The notes beneath the pieces were generated by a model that made no database searches, was not told the origin of the DNA, and saw only the letters and a list, made by a program, of their open reading frames with translations. This document shows positions 23,401-36,920 of a DNA stretch of 56,221 nt, piece by piece. Position 1 is the stretch's first letter. Every line of letters begins with the position of its first letter. A program made the position numbers and the translations under genes. The DNA is taken from the NCBI RefSeq assembly GCF_000143415.4, contig NW_003314303.1, positions 1 to 56,221 of the forward strand, written 5' to 3'. The stretch comes from Selaginella moellendorffii (taxonomy: Eukaryota; Plantae; Lycopodiophyta).

Positions 23401-26400
23401 ATTCTTTTCATTCTCCATCTCCCGTCCCTCGACGCCCATCTCATCCTCCTCTTCGTTCTCATTCACGTCCTCGTTCCATTTGTTCTTGAGGAGGGGGTGC
23501 TGTCAGGAATCCCCCAATTCTTGCCACATTCCTGACTCTCACCGGATTCCTGACCCATAGACCACATTCCTGACTCTCGAGACACTTCCCTATTCCTAAC
23601 TCTCTGATTTCCCGTACGATTCCTGATTCTCAAACCACATTCCTAATGATGACGTGGTGCCTCCTCGACCTCAACTATATTTAGGCTGTCCTCGATCCAA
23701 GAGTGGTGGAACTTCATCAACCTCTAGTATATATAAGTTAGCCTTATTCCACTTCTCCACAATTTGAATCAACGCTAGTTTAATGTTTTTTCTTCGTCTC
23801 CACTAGCTTTTCTTTTTGTCTTCTGCATTTTCTAGTCTTGATTTTATTGGGGGTCTTGACAGCATCTAAAGAAGAAAGACCCGACCTAAGCAACGGTTAT
23901 TATAGATAAGTGTGAAGTAGTTAAGAATGGTTATAAAATTATGTAATATATAAGTAACACTTAGACGTGTTGAAAAATTTTCCCACTTACTGTTGTATAC
24001 ATTTGCATTGACTTAACCATCTTTTCTCCCGCTTATAACTGTTTGTGCAAAGTAGAGTTAAGAGAGTGATATATACTTATCCTAACTCATGCCTTTAGGG
24101 TTCGACGTTACATTCTTTTCTATATCTTTCATTCTTATTCTTCTCTCCTACATTCTTGTCTCTATTTGCTTTGTCACTATTTTGCAAGTAAGGGTGAGAA
24201 CGTAGATACAGGTAGAAAAAACTTTACTCACTTTTGGCTACCATAGTGGGATAAGCCATCACTCTTTAACTTGAAAAATAGCTAAGAGAAAATTGTTTGT
24301 GAATTCCAAATATGTTTAACACTAGGAGTCACAAGAAAATCTCTTCAGTGATTGCAAAGGCCCCAAACCCAGACCACATTGGATGAAAAAGCTTTTTTTG
24401 TGATTGCAATGGCTTAGTGCTCAAATAACGCAAGAAAGAGAGTTTCTCAATCATCATTAAAGCTTAGAGCATGGGATGAGGTTGAAATTGAAGCACGGCA
24501 TACATTGCCAAGAAACTCAAGTTTAAATTATTTTGCCAGTAATTTCTTGAGAAAAATCCAAAAGAAGAAATAATGGAGTTTTTTTTATGTGAAAAAAACA
24601 ACCAACTATTCTAGAATTCTTTCCTTATGAGCAAATTCTTATTTAGGTTTTTAGAGGACACATTTTTCAGCAGTGTGTCATAATTTTTCTAAGCATACAC
24701 AAGCAGGAAATTGGGCACCTATAACTCTTGTCTTCAACTCCAACTTAAAGAGAGCTAAAGCCAATCTTAGTGAAGAATAAATTGGGGAATTATTCACCTA
24801 AATTTTATGACGTTTTAATAGAGGTAAGATCACAATTAGAACATTGTGATATCTCAAGGCTTTGATTTAGCCTTGCCTACTACTCAAATATGGTTTGAAA
24901 GTAGATTTATCCCAAGTTTAAGTATTCTACACATATTGCAAGAGATTATAAAACTTAAATAAGACTCACAAGTCGAAAAATTAAAAATGGTTATCACAAA
25001 CCGCTCTATGCCTAATACACTTAGGCAAATTAATTGACAGAGCTCTTCAACATGTAGGTGGCAGAAGCCTTAGCATCACTAGCAGTGAGTGAGAACTAGT
25101 TCAGTTCAATGCCATTGTAGCTCACAGGCTGTGCTAGAAATCTCACTTGTCCCTTGCTGTCTATTGGAGAAATCTCTACGCAGTACTCTCAAGGAGCTCT
25201 CAATCTCCTTCTCCAAGCCAACAACAGCATTAGTTTTGGAGACATTACTACCATCACTTTGACCTCTAAAGAACTAAAAAAAACTTAGAGATATTACAAA
25301 AGGGTTTTGTCTAAAAAGGTGAAATAACCTCAGACACTCTTAGAAATTCTGAAATACATTGCAAAGCTCAAAAATCTATCATACAAGCTTGAGCAAAGAC
25401 TTGTATTAACCATTACCACTTGTTGGCAAAGAGGCTAGAGAAAAATTTACCTTAAAAAAAAATTGTTTAGATTTGAAGCAAAGTCTTTCACAAATTAGGT
25501 ATTACATGTTTGAAAAGCTCATTTTACAAGCAAATTGACCTAGAATAGGCTATCATGTGTTAAAAAATTTGACTCTTGTGTTGATTCTATAAGGCAATTT
25601 CATAGAATGGTCTCCACACCCTGTTCAAATTAGTCCCTAGTGTTGATTCAATTTACCTAAAATTTGCAAAGAGCAATAGACTACCTTTTTTAATTCCACA
25701 GTTGTAAGTGCAAAGTTGGTTATAAGCCAGAGGGTAATACCTATTATGAAGCAGGCAAGCTATTCTGAATTTGGCTATCACATATCAAACACCATGCATT
25801 GAATTAATCTTAACCACACTAGACTTGGGCAGAAAGGAAAGGACCTCCTGTGCATCTAAGATTGAGGATTGATGACCCTCCACTGTCTTGATAGAAGTTG
25901 AATAGGGGAATTTTGGTAAACATAATAAAAATATTTACAAACAATCCACCATATTTATCAGAAGATATATTTTGCTTATAGACCTAGACAAAAGTTGGTT
26001 AATCCCCACTTTGTATGACTAAACAAAAGTATAATAAAGCAAAAATTAAACTATCTTGTGTGCTTAGTTAGGCCAATAAATGATAGATTTAATGAAATTG
26101 TTTAAACAGCTAAATAAATTACCGAGCGAGATATTTAACAAAATTTTGCTCAAGATATATAGAAGTCTAACTTCTTGTACCTTTATTATTGTTAAAGAAG
26201 GTGTGATAATACACTTAAATTACTTTATATATACACAGTGTAAGCGAGGGTTGAGTTACCTATACAAAAAGAAAATAGTACTAGGATTCCTCCTAGACAG
26301 AGAGATAGTTTTCTTATTTGAGCTAGACATAAATCTTGAGTATTATAACCTACAAAGAATTTATAAAATTCTGTCTACAATAAAATTTCTAAAATTTTAT

Positions 26401-29400
26401 ACAATCTCAGGCAAAGAAGATATTATAGGAACTTTAATGGTCCACAATAAAGCTTGGATACCCATAGGTAGAAATATACTTGCTGATAATTAGGCTAATA
26501 AGTGTTGGATTAATCCCGAATTTGGATTAATAGCCAACAAAATTTTGTAGAGTAAAAATCTCTTAAGGTGGACCACATATGAGCAAGACAAATACGTTGT
26601 GAAAAAAACCTTGGGGTGTCGGTCATGGGATTGGACACATGGAGTACTTGGACTAAGTGTAAAGGTTGAGTGGCGGGGATGCCATTCTCGGGGCTAACAA
26701 GCCCAAGTTTGAAATAGAACTTATGGAGGTTATGAGTGAGATTCCTCCAAGTGGTCGGAGGTGTGGTTAAGTGATTAAAGTAGAATGGAAAAATTAGTCA
26801 CTTACAACTTAGTATCAGAGCTGTTCCTTAGTCCGGCTCTTATTGATGGCTAAGTATATAACCACTTGTATTGGAATTGGAAGGTCCTAAATATGGACCT
26901 ATCCTTGAGGAGTAGCATGTCGAGAGGACATGGCTCTCCACTTAAGTTCATGCATGAACTTGTGCACAATATGGTGGATGGAAAAGGGCCAGTAAGGGAA
27001 TGACTTTGGGATCTTGGGAACAATATAAGGGTTTCCTCAGAGAGCTGAGGATGTGATCCAAATGAGTGTTTGACGCAGCAAACAGGCTAATGTAGTTGTG
27101 GTAAACAACTATAGTTGGGATCACAGAAAAGATGCAAACTCCAAAACAATAAAGGAGTCACAAGATTACCCTTATATAGTTGAGGCTAGTACTCATAAAT
27201 TTGAGACCAGAATTGGTGACCATGGGAGGTCAAATATAGAAGAGGACACAAGTCCTCGAAATGGTAGCCGAGGCTACCTTTAATAAATGCTGGAACAACC
27301 TAAGGAGTTAGGGGTGTACTCAGAGGATGAGTTGGTATTCTCATCCTATGGACAAGTGGTCCTAAGGGGCAAAAGGTTGCCCCAAGAGAACAAATCAAGT
27401 GTCGGAGTAACACTTGCAAAGATGGTCCTTGTGAGTAGGACATGAATACAAGAAGTTGTATTCTAGTGAGCTAGCACCTCAAAGGTAGGACCTCACGAGT
27501 TGTCAAATGATAAAGTCCAAAAAGCTGGATGACTCAAATAAGAGTCAAGGAATAATCTTAAAGGATTGGTTGAAGTATTTGGACTAAGGTGTATGGTGCC
27601 CCATGAGGTATGGGGAGAATCATAAGATTCAAGTATGAGAACAATAGGTATCTCATTGATGGCAGAATGTGTCATATTAAAGTTGTGGGAAAGATGTTCC
27701 CAGAAGAAAACAACTTTGGCCCAGAGTTGGGTGCAAACACTATGGTGCAGTGCTAATGGATAGTTAGCATGAGGAACAACCATATTGGTCTTGGCAAAGA
27801 CCTAGACACTAATAAGTAGTGTTATAAGGATAGGCTCATGGGGCCAATGGTGTAAAGACACCAAATGTGCCAAGGTGTGATACCTTGAAGTTATGTTAGT
27901 GGGTTTGTAAGAACCCCTTGCCAAAGGAAATCCCAACGGAAATGGGAATGGCATAGCTTAAGCTAGAAGGCATGTGGTAGAGTGTGGTGACCAAAACAAT
28001 GATGGAGGTGTGGAAGCACCAGCAATGAGTTATAGGATTTGACAACTATGAGGCAACTAAGCAAAAGGTGCAAGATAATTTGTTAAACTGGTAGAAGGTA
28101 GCTATCCAAGACATCTTAATGGCATAAGGAAGTTAAATATACCCTTATGCGGAATAAATTCCTTATGTTGTGATATAGTAAATCAATATCGTAAAAAGGA
28201 ATGTGCATTGTCTAAGATGCCATCATTTGGGACACCCAAACACTCTAAAACACCAGGAGGTGGTGTTTAATGTCGTGAGGGCAATGGATAAGGCCCAAGG
28301 GACTAAATCCCTAGCGAATGGTGGATAGAAGATGGTATCCAAATGTCTAAGGTGGCGGAGACGGGAGAAGACTGTATACCCGAATTGGACAAAGCAAAAA
28401 ATGGAATTTTGGCAAGGCTAGTGATGGGCATGTAAAAGCCCATAAGCAACAACGTTAATTCCGGTGTGTGGGATTATAAAGTGAGTATACCTGGATTGAG
28501 GAACCACTCCCTAGGTTGTCGGGTAGGTTCATCCCTAAAAATACTTGCTAAGGCATGGTAGAAAGTGCAAAGCTATCCTCTTAGTTTAGAGGCAAATAAC
28601 CGAAGGAAAGGTGTGAAGCCAAAACAAGTAGTAAGGGGATAGAACCAAACTATAGGAATCAAAGAGCATAACCAAAGGTGTTTATGCTAGTTGGGAGTGG
28701 AGGATCAAGTGGGTGCTCGAGTATGTTGTTACTAGCAACCATGATGCCATGGAGAGTCTAAAATATAGAATTGTCCATGTTAGACTATATGGCAACTAAA
28801 AAGCTTGCGAAAAGGGAAGCCTTAGCAAGTTAAGGGACAGAGTTCCTTCGAAGTTCCCAAAGACAATTCTAGGTAGCTTACTACCTAGAAAGGCCAAGTG
28901 TAAATAGTTCCTAGAGCGTGCAAAATCAGAGTGGTGCAGCAAAAGCGTGGTCTTGAAACTAGCCATGATCCGAGGCTATCAAGGTTGGGGAAGTAGTTCC
29001 TAAGTATTCAAAGAGAGGGCTTTAAACGAAAGTCAATAGTTAAGGACTTTCACGCTTATGCATGAACCATGTTACAGTGGCCGGATGACTTGCTACGCGA
29101 GATTGGCGAGTCAAGGGGACAAATCCCCTAGTTGAAGGTGCTAACTTCAAAATGGGTGGCCCATGGGGGCCGAGTATGGAGGAGTCCATGTATGATCACA
29201 AACTTGTCAAGCGAGAGGACTTGGCAATGCGGAGGAACTAGGTTCCTAAGCTATGATCTATAGCATGCTTTAAGTACATGTTGGTGCACTAGTGTGAGGA
29301 GTCACGCCAGGCATTCTGTGCGATGCCATCCGTAGATGTATATACGGAGGTTGGGTTCGAGTCCCGACCCTCTAGTGCTTGGGTTCGAGTTCCAAATCAC

Positions 29401-31103
29401 TAGGGCATGGTGATGGTTTGGAATATGAGGACACTTATATTTCGGTGGTCAAGGACTCTCAGTGAGGAGACTGGTTTGGGCACACCACCAAGAGAGGGAT
29501 GCCTCGGAGTCGTGATGCACGGTTAGATTGCTTAGTGTGGCTTAGCATATCTAACTTGAACACTTTGGTGCGAGTGGCACTAAGGACGTGGTGAGTGAGA
29601 TGGGGACACCTAATCTCAGTTGCTATGGACCCTTGGCTGTAAGGGCTGGCTTGGGTGCACTGCCAAGTGTAAGGGATGCCCCCGGGGTCATGGTGAACAA
29701 CTTAAAGGTCCAAAACACCTAGTACCTATTGGCAAACCTATTAAGGTGCCAAGATTAGATCACTAGGTGATTTTATGGCCAAACCAAGGACAAAGTCCTT
29801 GTGAGGTTAAGGGATAAAGTTCCAAGTTCAAAGTGTTGATTAGAACTATTGATGATGGTGTGGCTTGGTCAAGGTGACCAAGTGGGAAGGACACCTAAGG
29901 GAAATGAGATATGTCAATACGATGGCATAGTGAGTTCGAGGAAAGTAGTCTCTATAAGAGACCCATGGGAGGGTCACAAAGTTGGGCCGTGGATAAAGCC
30001 CATAGCAGAAGATGCTAAAGAGACGTACTAGGGGTGAACACCCTCTGGACTTGCCAAAGGAGAGTCTTTGTTATGGAACCGAAAGGATACTTCGAAAATG
30101 GAGGTAGCGATCCTATGTTGCTGAGCGCAACAATCAAGGATAGAAGCAAAAGACTAGTGGCTAAGAAAAGAGCAATGGGAATCATGGGAAAGAATCCAAA
30201 ACGCAAAGTTAGGCCAAGAACACTAATGTGTCGGGTGCTAACGAATTGTGGGAAAGGCAATGTGTTTCTATGGATGGATTCCCAATTGCTCCTATTTGGC
30301 GAAAGTGGAAGCTCCGAAGGCAGGGAGCAGTAAAGTAGCCAAATGATAGGGACGTGGACAGCCCTAGCACAAATTAGGATAACTGGAACTTAGTGTCAAA
30401 GATCACACCAAAATGGGAAAGAGGATGATGGTGCCCTCAAACAGAGAACTTCCAAAGATGGGGAAGGGGAGCTGCACAATATATGCAATGAAAGGTGTCG
30501 GGGACACCTAAGAAATTGACTTCAAGAAGTCAAGACTAAAAAAGTTCCAAAGTGCAAAGGTTATGTCAATAAAATCTGAGACTACTCAAGAATGAGTAGT
30601 GGAATTGAGTTAGAGAGGGTGTTTCTAACCGGTTTAGTGAAAGCTAAACCAATAAAAGGAGAGAACCACCACAAGTGGTCAAATGAGCCTCTAAGTTGGA
30701 GAGGTTAGGCTCCTTAGAGGATGGACAAGGCATTGTGAGCCTTCGGTGTCAAACCATAAACAAATATCGGCTAGGTGCCAAGGATGGAAATGGTAATACA
30801 TGTAGGTGTTACTTTTTAAAAGGGTTTACCATTCGATGAGGACATCAAACTTCATCTATGGGTGGTGGAGTTGTGAGACACAAAATCCCTAGGCCCTAAA
30901 GTGGAGCCAGAAGGGCACCATGTGGTAGTGGCCGAAGCAAAAGCCAAACGAGTGTAACACGTTTGGATTAAAAGCTCCGACTTGAAAGGTCGAGAGCAGG
31001 AGTGGAACTCACAACAAAGTGCTTGAGGAATGAGCACGAAGCGAGTAATAAGCGAGGCTCTAAAAAGGGACCCAAAAGGACCAACACACGACATGTGGAA
31101 GTG

Positions 31104-31190
31104 TCTGAGATGGACCTGAGATGGAGTCCAAGATGGAGTTCGAGATAGACCCAAGATGGAGTCCGAGATGGACCGAAATGGACCTGAGAT
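31104..31190 (+). repeat. GAGATGGAGTCC-type minisatellite of the host element, continuing at 41451-41632 with GAGACC/GAGTCC hexamers
   Basis: The array is split by the DNA transposon. Removing the element and one AGAT restores the repeat unit. Confidence 0.85.
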
Positions 31191-31377
31191 AAGCTCTATT
31201 TCGTTAAAGTGGGATTTATTCAGTAAAATGGGACTAGGTACAAATTTTCAAGTATTTGAAAATGACGTGAAATTATATGTTTTTTGTCTAGGGGCTAGAC
31301 ATATCTGAGGCATGGTGACTAGCGCAGTGACTTTGTGTCCAGACTGAGTCCATCTGGTTGTTTAATAAATCTCATTG

Positions 31378-34260
31378 TCAAGGTGAACAAGCCGAATCTG
31401 AAGTTACATTGAAGGAGTTAGTTTCCGCGTCCTCCTCTGCATCAGTGATGCAGCGCCCCACCCATATCATTTGTTTTTTATTACTGGGTCTGACAAGCAC
31501 GACCATTCCTTTGCAGACTTGTACTGGATTGAATGCTGAATCTAGCTTCTTGTTCCTCGGCCCACAATAGTGATCCTCAACATCGTTATCTGTCACTGCA
31601 TTTCCAGAGGACATTGTTCCGCTACTATCTGGTGCTTTGGGTTCTGGCCAAAAGGACTCTTCCAATTCTTCATATACAACCGGCCCATTTTGGATAGCAG
31701 ATATAACCTTCTCTCAGTATTCGAGCAAAGGCTTGCACCTCTGAAAATAGGATTCTCCACCAAACACCAACCCCCTCTTCCAGAAGGCAATATGCTGTCT
31801 AATCCCGGCCACTATACTTTCCTGGTCTTTGAGTCCATCCGGGTGCATCGGCCGTGGGGAACCCTGAGGAATCATAGGTTCCCCAGTTATGGGATCTCTC
31901 TTGAAGAGTTCAATGCCATCCACTGGCAGCCACACTGTGTCCCATTCTTTCATCTTGTACCTCATCACTGGAGCACCGTCACGCATGCTGAAATGAAACT
32001 GAAGAGGCTTGGAGTGGCCAATCAACGTTTCGGATCCGTCCCTGATGTAGCATCTTACAAACCCCTTAAAGTCTGGAACCTCTATCACAAGTGCAGCTTC
32101 AACAGTGCCTTTGATGCAATTTTGGAATTCATCGTAAAGTTGTGGGAGGGTGAGGACATTGGATCGCTGGAGGGACTCTGCCAGGTGACTGAACATGGCA
32201 TCGACGTCTTCATGAGTGTGCCCAACCATGAGAAAGCCAAGTGTAACCGTTTCAAATATGCCTTTGGCAACAAGCATCGCCAAGTACGCGAAGACGTACA
32301 TGTTTTTGTTCTCACTGCTAGCATTGTCTGTTTGGAGCAGAAGATGGGGTGGAAGGCCACATCGGCCGCAAGAACTTCCTTGAGATTCTGCTTCGTTTGG
32401 ATGAGGCTGTGCATTCACCGGGCGACCAGCCTCGTCGGAATGGCATGAGGCCTCACGTGATAACCTTACAATCTGACGGCCAACATATTCACTGGGATGG
32501 CATGGGGCCCCACGCGATACTGCAAGCCTTTGCTCCTCCTCCAGCTGAACCCTGTATGGGGTTCGATCGACAATGGCCTTATGCAAGGGTTGGCCGTTCA
32601 GCTCAGTTTGCGCACTTTGCAGAGACCTTAAGTGTTTTGCTAGGGATGCAATCATCATGTTTGCACCCCCGCCACCCCATAGAGGTACAAAGAAGTTCCC
32701 ATAGTTCTGGGCACCATGCCCATGAGCGATTATGCCAAACAAAGACACAGGCAGCTGCATGGATGAAGAGATTGCCTTAGGGGCAGGATTGAGTCGAGGT
32801 AAGCACGTCTTTTTCTGGTCCATTTTGTCGTGGATGATGCAGAGGTAAGAGTCAGGTCTCTCAATGGAGAGAATCCTGTTATGATAATATGCAGTCCTGC
32901 AACTTCTCTGCTCGATGTTGTGGTCAAGCCGCCTTCTAACTAACGTCTCTCGCTCTTGAGCGATGCAAGAATTCTTCGACAAAGCCATTTTGATAGCAGT
33001 GCACTCGTCACACTTTGAAAAGCTGGAGTACTTTCCTATACTCACATCCCTGAACCTGTTGCTCCACAATCTACTAAATCTAGATTGGCTCAGCTTCCTG
33101 TAGCCATTACTCTGGAGTTCCCGATTCACATCTTCCAATATGGCCCCCTTGGTATACATGGAAGGGAGAACTCGTTGGGTGTCTCGTGTTCCATCTTCCA
33201 AGAGGCAGGTTTTATGTGGTTGCTGCTCGCTACATGTCTCGACAAACCTCTTGAAGATTGCCTCTCCATATACAACATGACCCTGGTTTTGTGCGTACCG
33301 TCGTTCCCATGGACTGCCTGTTAAACCCTTTGTTCCTCGAACTCAGTTTTGATTCTGTAGAATGTGGTTTGAGGGACTCCATAAATGATTCTCCATGCCT
33401 TCATGCAGACCAAACCCCTCTGGAAGACCATGCCCCCCACCTGATGTTCTGAAGCATCAACAGATGACCGTAATGCCTCATACACAAAATTGCGAGCTGC
33501 CTTCCAGGACAATGTCTTGTATCTTGCTCTCTCCTCTTCAATAGCATCCTAATCAGCATGTTGACAGCACCTCCTCTTGCAACAAGCAATTGTCGAGACC
33601 ATTCTAACCTCCATCGCCATTTTCTGCCTTTTCGGTTCGTTGCTCAGATCCCTTTGGCTGCGCTTTAGGAAGGTGTACTTTCTTTTCCCATGAAGAGATG
33701 TTCTGTCATCAGTTGTAGTGGTGTTTGATTGTGAATCCTTCACATTCTCAAACACTAAGTGCCTCAATTTCCACCGCACAATGCTTCCAATAGTTAGACT
33801 GTTTTCTTCTGTGTCAACAACCTCTAAAATCGCCAACTCCAATATCATCCCAGCCCAATTCTTGATTAGCAACCGCATCTCTTGGATCGACAACTGTGGC
33901 TAAGCCCTCAGCTACCACCTCCCCCTCGGGGTTGTTTAGAAACAACTTTGCCTAAATCCATGTAGCATGGTTCTTAAGATCCACGGAGGGAACATGCGTC
34001 ACACTTGTGCTGTCCCCAACATCTGCTTTCTTCTGAAGATTTTTCAAGGCAACAACAACATTTACCCCGACAACCATCTCTCCTTGTTCAATAGCGACCA
34101 CATTCCCATCGAAGACAGTCTCTACTGATACAACAGCATTGCTTTCCCCAAGCCTTTGACAATGTATAACAAAGTTCCGATCCATAGACACAAGGGTCTC
34201 TTTTGCAACTCTCTTCCCACCATTCAAAATGTAAACCTTTTCCCCAACCCTAAAGGCCAT
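31378..34260 (-). pseudogene. Sola1/DUF7869-like DDD transposase with N-terminal tandem Tnp1/EnSpm-like small domains; disrupted
   Basis: Motifs CCKRRC, VCMKAW..YGV, FSKCDEC, CIIHDKMDQKK, LQTDNASSENKN and FLMVGHTHEDVDAMFS. Stops at 33952, 33549, 33321 and 31714 plus frameshifts. Longest intact piece is 31714-33201. Confidence 0.8.
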
Positions 34261-34412
34261 TCTGAAAGTGCAGAAAAGAAGTTAAGACCATACAAAAAAT
34301 GATTGGAGAATGGCCTAAATCATAACATACCAAACAACCTCAATAGCATGAGGCCACATGCCATTATTCAAACATGCTATTGACACCCACGTGAAATTTC
34401 GCATTCACAAAA

Positions 34413-34630
34413 TTGGCATGAGGCCTCATGCCATCTTGATAAACACACAGCTACAGGCAGGTAAAGAAACTATTGGCAATATGCTAGTGATGAACTTGCA
34501 AGGCCCCAAGATGGCATGAGGCCTCATGCCATCTTGATATATACACAACTGCAGGCAAGTAAAAACATACATGACAATATGCTAGCCATGAAATTGCAAG
34601 GGCCCAAGATGGCATGTGGCCTCATGCCAT
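34413..34630. repeat. 98-bp tandem repeat, each unit carrying the element-specific palindrome (includes a perfect 30-bp palindrome at 34507-34536)
   Basis: Palindromes start at 34413, 34511 and 34609. The intervening 76-bp segments are homologous but more diverged. Confidence 0.9.
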
Positions 34631-35582
34631 TTCTAAATGTGGTCCTAAGCCATTCCATGGTGAACATACCAGGAAGCACAAGTGCCGAATATCAAGAGGA
34701 AGCGGTAGCCACACCAAAGATAGTGCCGCTTGCAACACTGCAACTACTCGTAGTGCCGCTCGCAACACCGCAACTGCTCGTAGCGTCGCTTGCACAAACT
34801 GCCACTCGCATAAACTGCCGCTCGCAATGGCGCTCGCAATGCCGCAACCGCTCGTAGACGCATAAACCACAGCTCACAACGCCGCTTACACAAGCAGCGC
34901 TCATTGCGCTCAGCGAAACCAAGAACACGGCGCACAAAAATGATAGACCTAGGAATGAGTTCGAGAATTCAAAAATAACACACGCTTGAACGTCACATCA
35001 AATCCTCTGACAAACCAGATCTTATGATTCCTCTGACAAATTTCAAACTGAGTAGCTTCTAGACTTTGCTGTCGGACGTTGAACTTTGTCACATCATGTC
35101 CTTGCCTCGATCCAGCTGTGCCATGTCAGTGATTTGAACTTTGCCATACCATGTCAGCGATCCACGCCAAGATTATTCGCCGTGTAAAGGAATAATTATG
35201 CTGTGTGTGTACGTCCATTTATGGTAATATAAGGCCACATGCCATTCAAAGAATAATGCTAGTCGAGCATTTTTTTGTGCATTTTTGGGTTCAAAATTGC
35301 ATGAGCCCACACGCTATAAAGTTTACCTGTACCAAAAATAGAAACAGCTTTATTTACTTGGGAATTTAAGTGGTTGAGGCATTTTTAAACTTACAAACAC
35401 ATGCCCTACTTACATTCCTTTGGTTGCTTAAAATTCAAAAATATTATAAACCTTTCTTTTTGCATTTTCAATGTTTTCAATTATGGTTTTTGATTTTCGC
35501 AGAACCAGCCTAGTAATCTATTTGCATCCTGTCATGTTTATAGCTAGCTTTTGTTTGTCCCCTTCGCTAGCCTGAGATACAT

Positions 35583-36920
35583 CTGCTTGGCATCTGCCTC
35601 TTACAGCATTTGCCCAGAAAGGGCATCTTTCTTCACGCAGCATTTGCCACATGTTTAGGGTTTAGGGTTTAGGGTTTAGCAATTCAGTAGTTTGATAAAC
35701 ATGCAAATACAGAACTTGATGCAAAATCCTTTGATATGTCACAATGCCTCTAGGACCATAAACACATTTCAATAGAGAGGGTCCTTTCATTTCATAACTC
35801 CTTACGTAGATCTTGGTGAAACCAGAGTTAGTGAAGTTAGTTTCTTGTGATCCCACATCTGATTGTGATGTCCCTTTGCAGTGTCAATGGAAAGGTCAAT
35901 GCACACCAAACTGTAAAATCTTGGAGCAAAATAACGGTCGGATCTATGGCAAATGCCCCTGAAACATTGTAAGGCTCGTGTGGTCTCATGTGGTGTCCGA
36001 TCGAGATGCTTCTTTGTAGGGTCATCAAGAAAGACATTGTATACCATTCTGTAAAATCTAGTTACGATCTAACGGTTGGATCTCCAGAAAACTTAAAAAA
36101 ATCTCACATGTGTTAGAATATTCTAGGAATATACTCCTATGTGCCCCTTAAAATGGCATGCGGCCCCACGCCATTCAAGAGATAACGCCAGATGACGCCG
36201 AGCATTTTTTTGTGCATTTTTTGGGATCAAAATTGCATGAGCCCACACGCTTGAACGTCACATCAAATCCTCTGACAAACCAGATCTTATAATTCCTCTG
36301 ACAAATTTCAAACTGAGTAGCTTCTAAACTTTGCTGTCGGACGTTGAACTTTGTCACATCATGTCCTTGCCTCGATCCAGCTGTACCATGTCAGTGATTC
36401 AAACTTTGCCATGCCATGTCAGCGATCCGCGCCAAGATTATTCGCCGTGTAACTGCTCGGCATCTGCCTCTTACAGCATTTGCCCAGAAAGGGCATCTTT
36501 CTTCACGCAGCATTTGCCACATGTTTAGGGTTTAGGGTTTAGGGTTTAGCAATTCAGTAGCTTGATAAACATGCAAATACAGAACTTGATGCAAAATCCT
36601 TTGATATGTCACAATGCCTCTAGGACCATAAACACATTTCAATAGAGAGGGTCCTTTCATTTCATAACTCCTTACGTAGATCTTGGTGAAACCAGAGTTA
36701 GTGAAGTTAGTTTCTTGTGATCCCACATCTGATTGTGATGTCCCTTTGCAGTGTCAATAGAAAGGTCAATGCACACCAAACTGTAAAATCTTGGAGCAAA
36801 ATAACGGTCGGATCTATGGCAAATGCCCCTGAAACATTGTAAGGCTCGTGTGGTCTCATGTGGTGTCCGATCGAGATGCTTCTTTGCAGGGTCATCAAGA
36901 AGGACATTGTATACCATTCT
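35583..36920. repeat. 468-bp near-identical direct duplication (35583-36050 and 36453-36920), each copy with (TTTAGGG)3; further duplicated blocks at ~34980-35187 and ~36245-36452
   Basis: Direct comparison. Plant telomere repeats at 35654-35679 and 36524-36549. Confidence 0.92.

Larger units (their letters stand above)
17843..23861 (+). mobile_element. Ty3/Gypsy chromovirus (Tf1/Tcn1-like) in a three-LTR arrangement: partial LTR 17843-~17935, LTR 18376-18739, LTR 23501-23861
   Basis: Near-perfect TSD GCATT/GCATC. PPT GAGGAGGGGGTGC precedes the second and third LTRs. The integrase C-terminal/chromodomain segment is duplicated (~17940-18375 vs ~23060-23500). Confidence 0.88.

Noticed and set aside
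23870-26590. AT-rich region with the 137-aa ORF 26080-26493
   Set aside because: Probably decayed retroelement sequence, but no motif was clear enough to call.
31570-32448. 292-aa plus-strand ORF
   Set aside because: Antisense shadow of the transposase, with no recognisable motifs.
34343-34630. Regularly spaced palindromic repeats resembling a CRISPR array
   Set aside because: The 'spacers' are homologous to each other (tandem duplication), the context is eukaryotic, and there are no cas genes.
35654-35679. Chromosome end or fusion site
   Set aside because: Only about three telomere units, internal to a duplicated block of a transposon.
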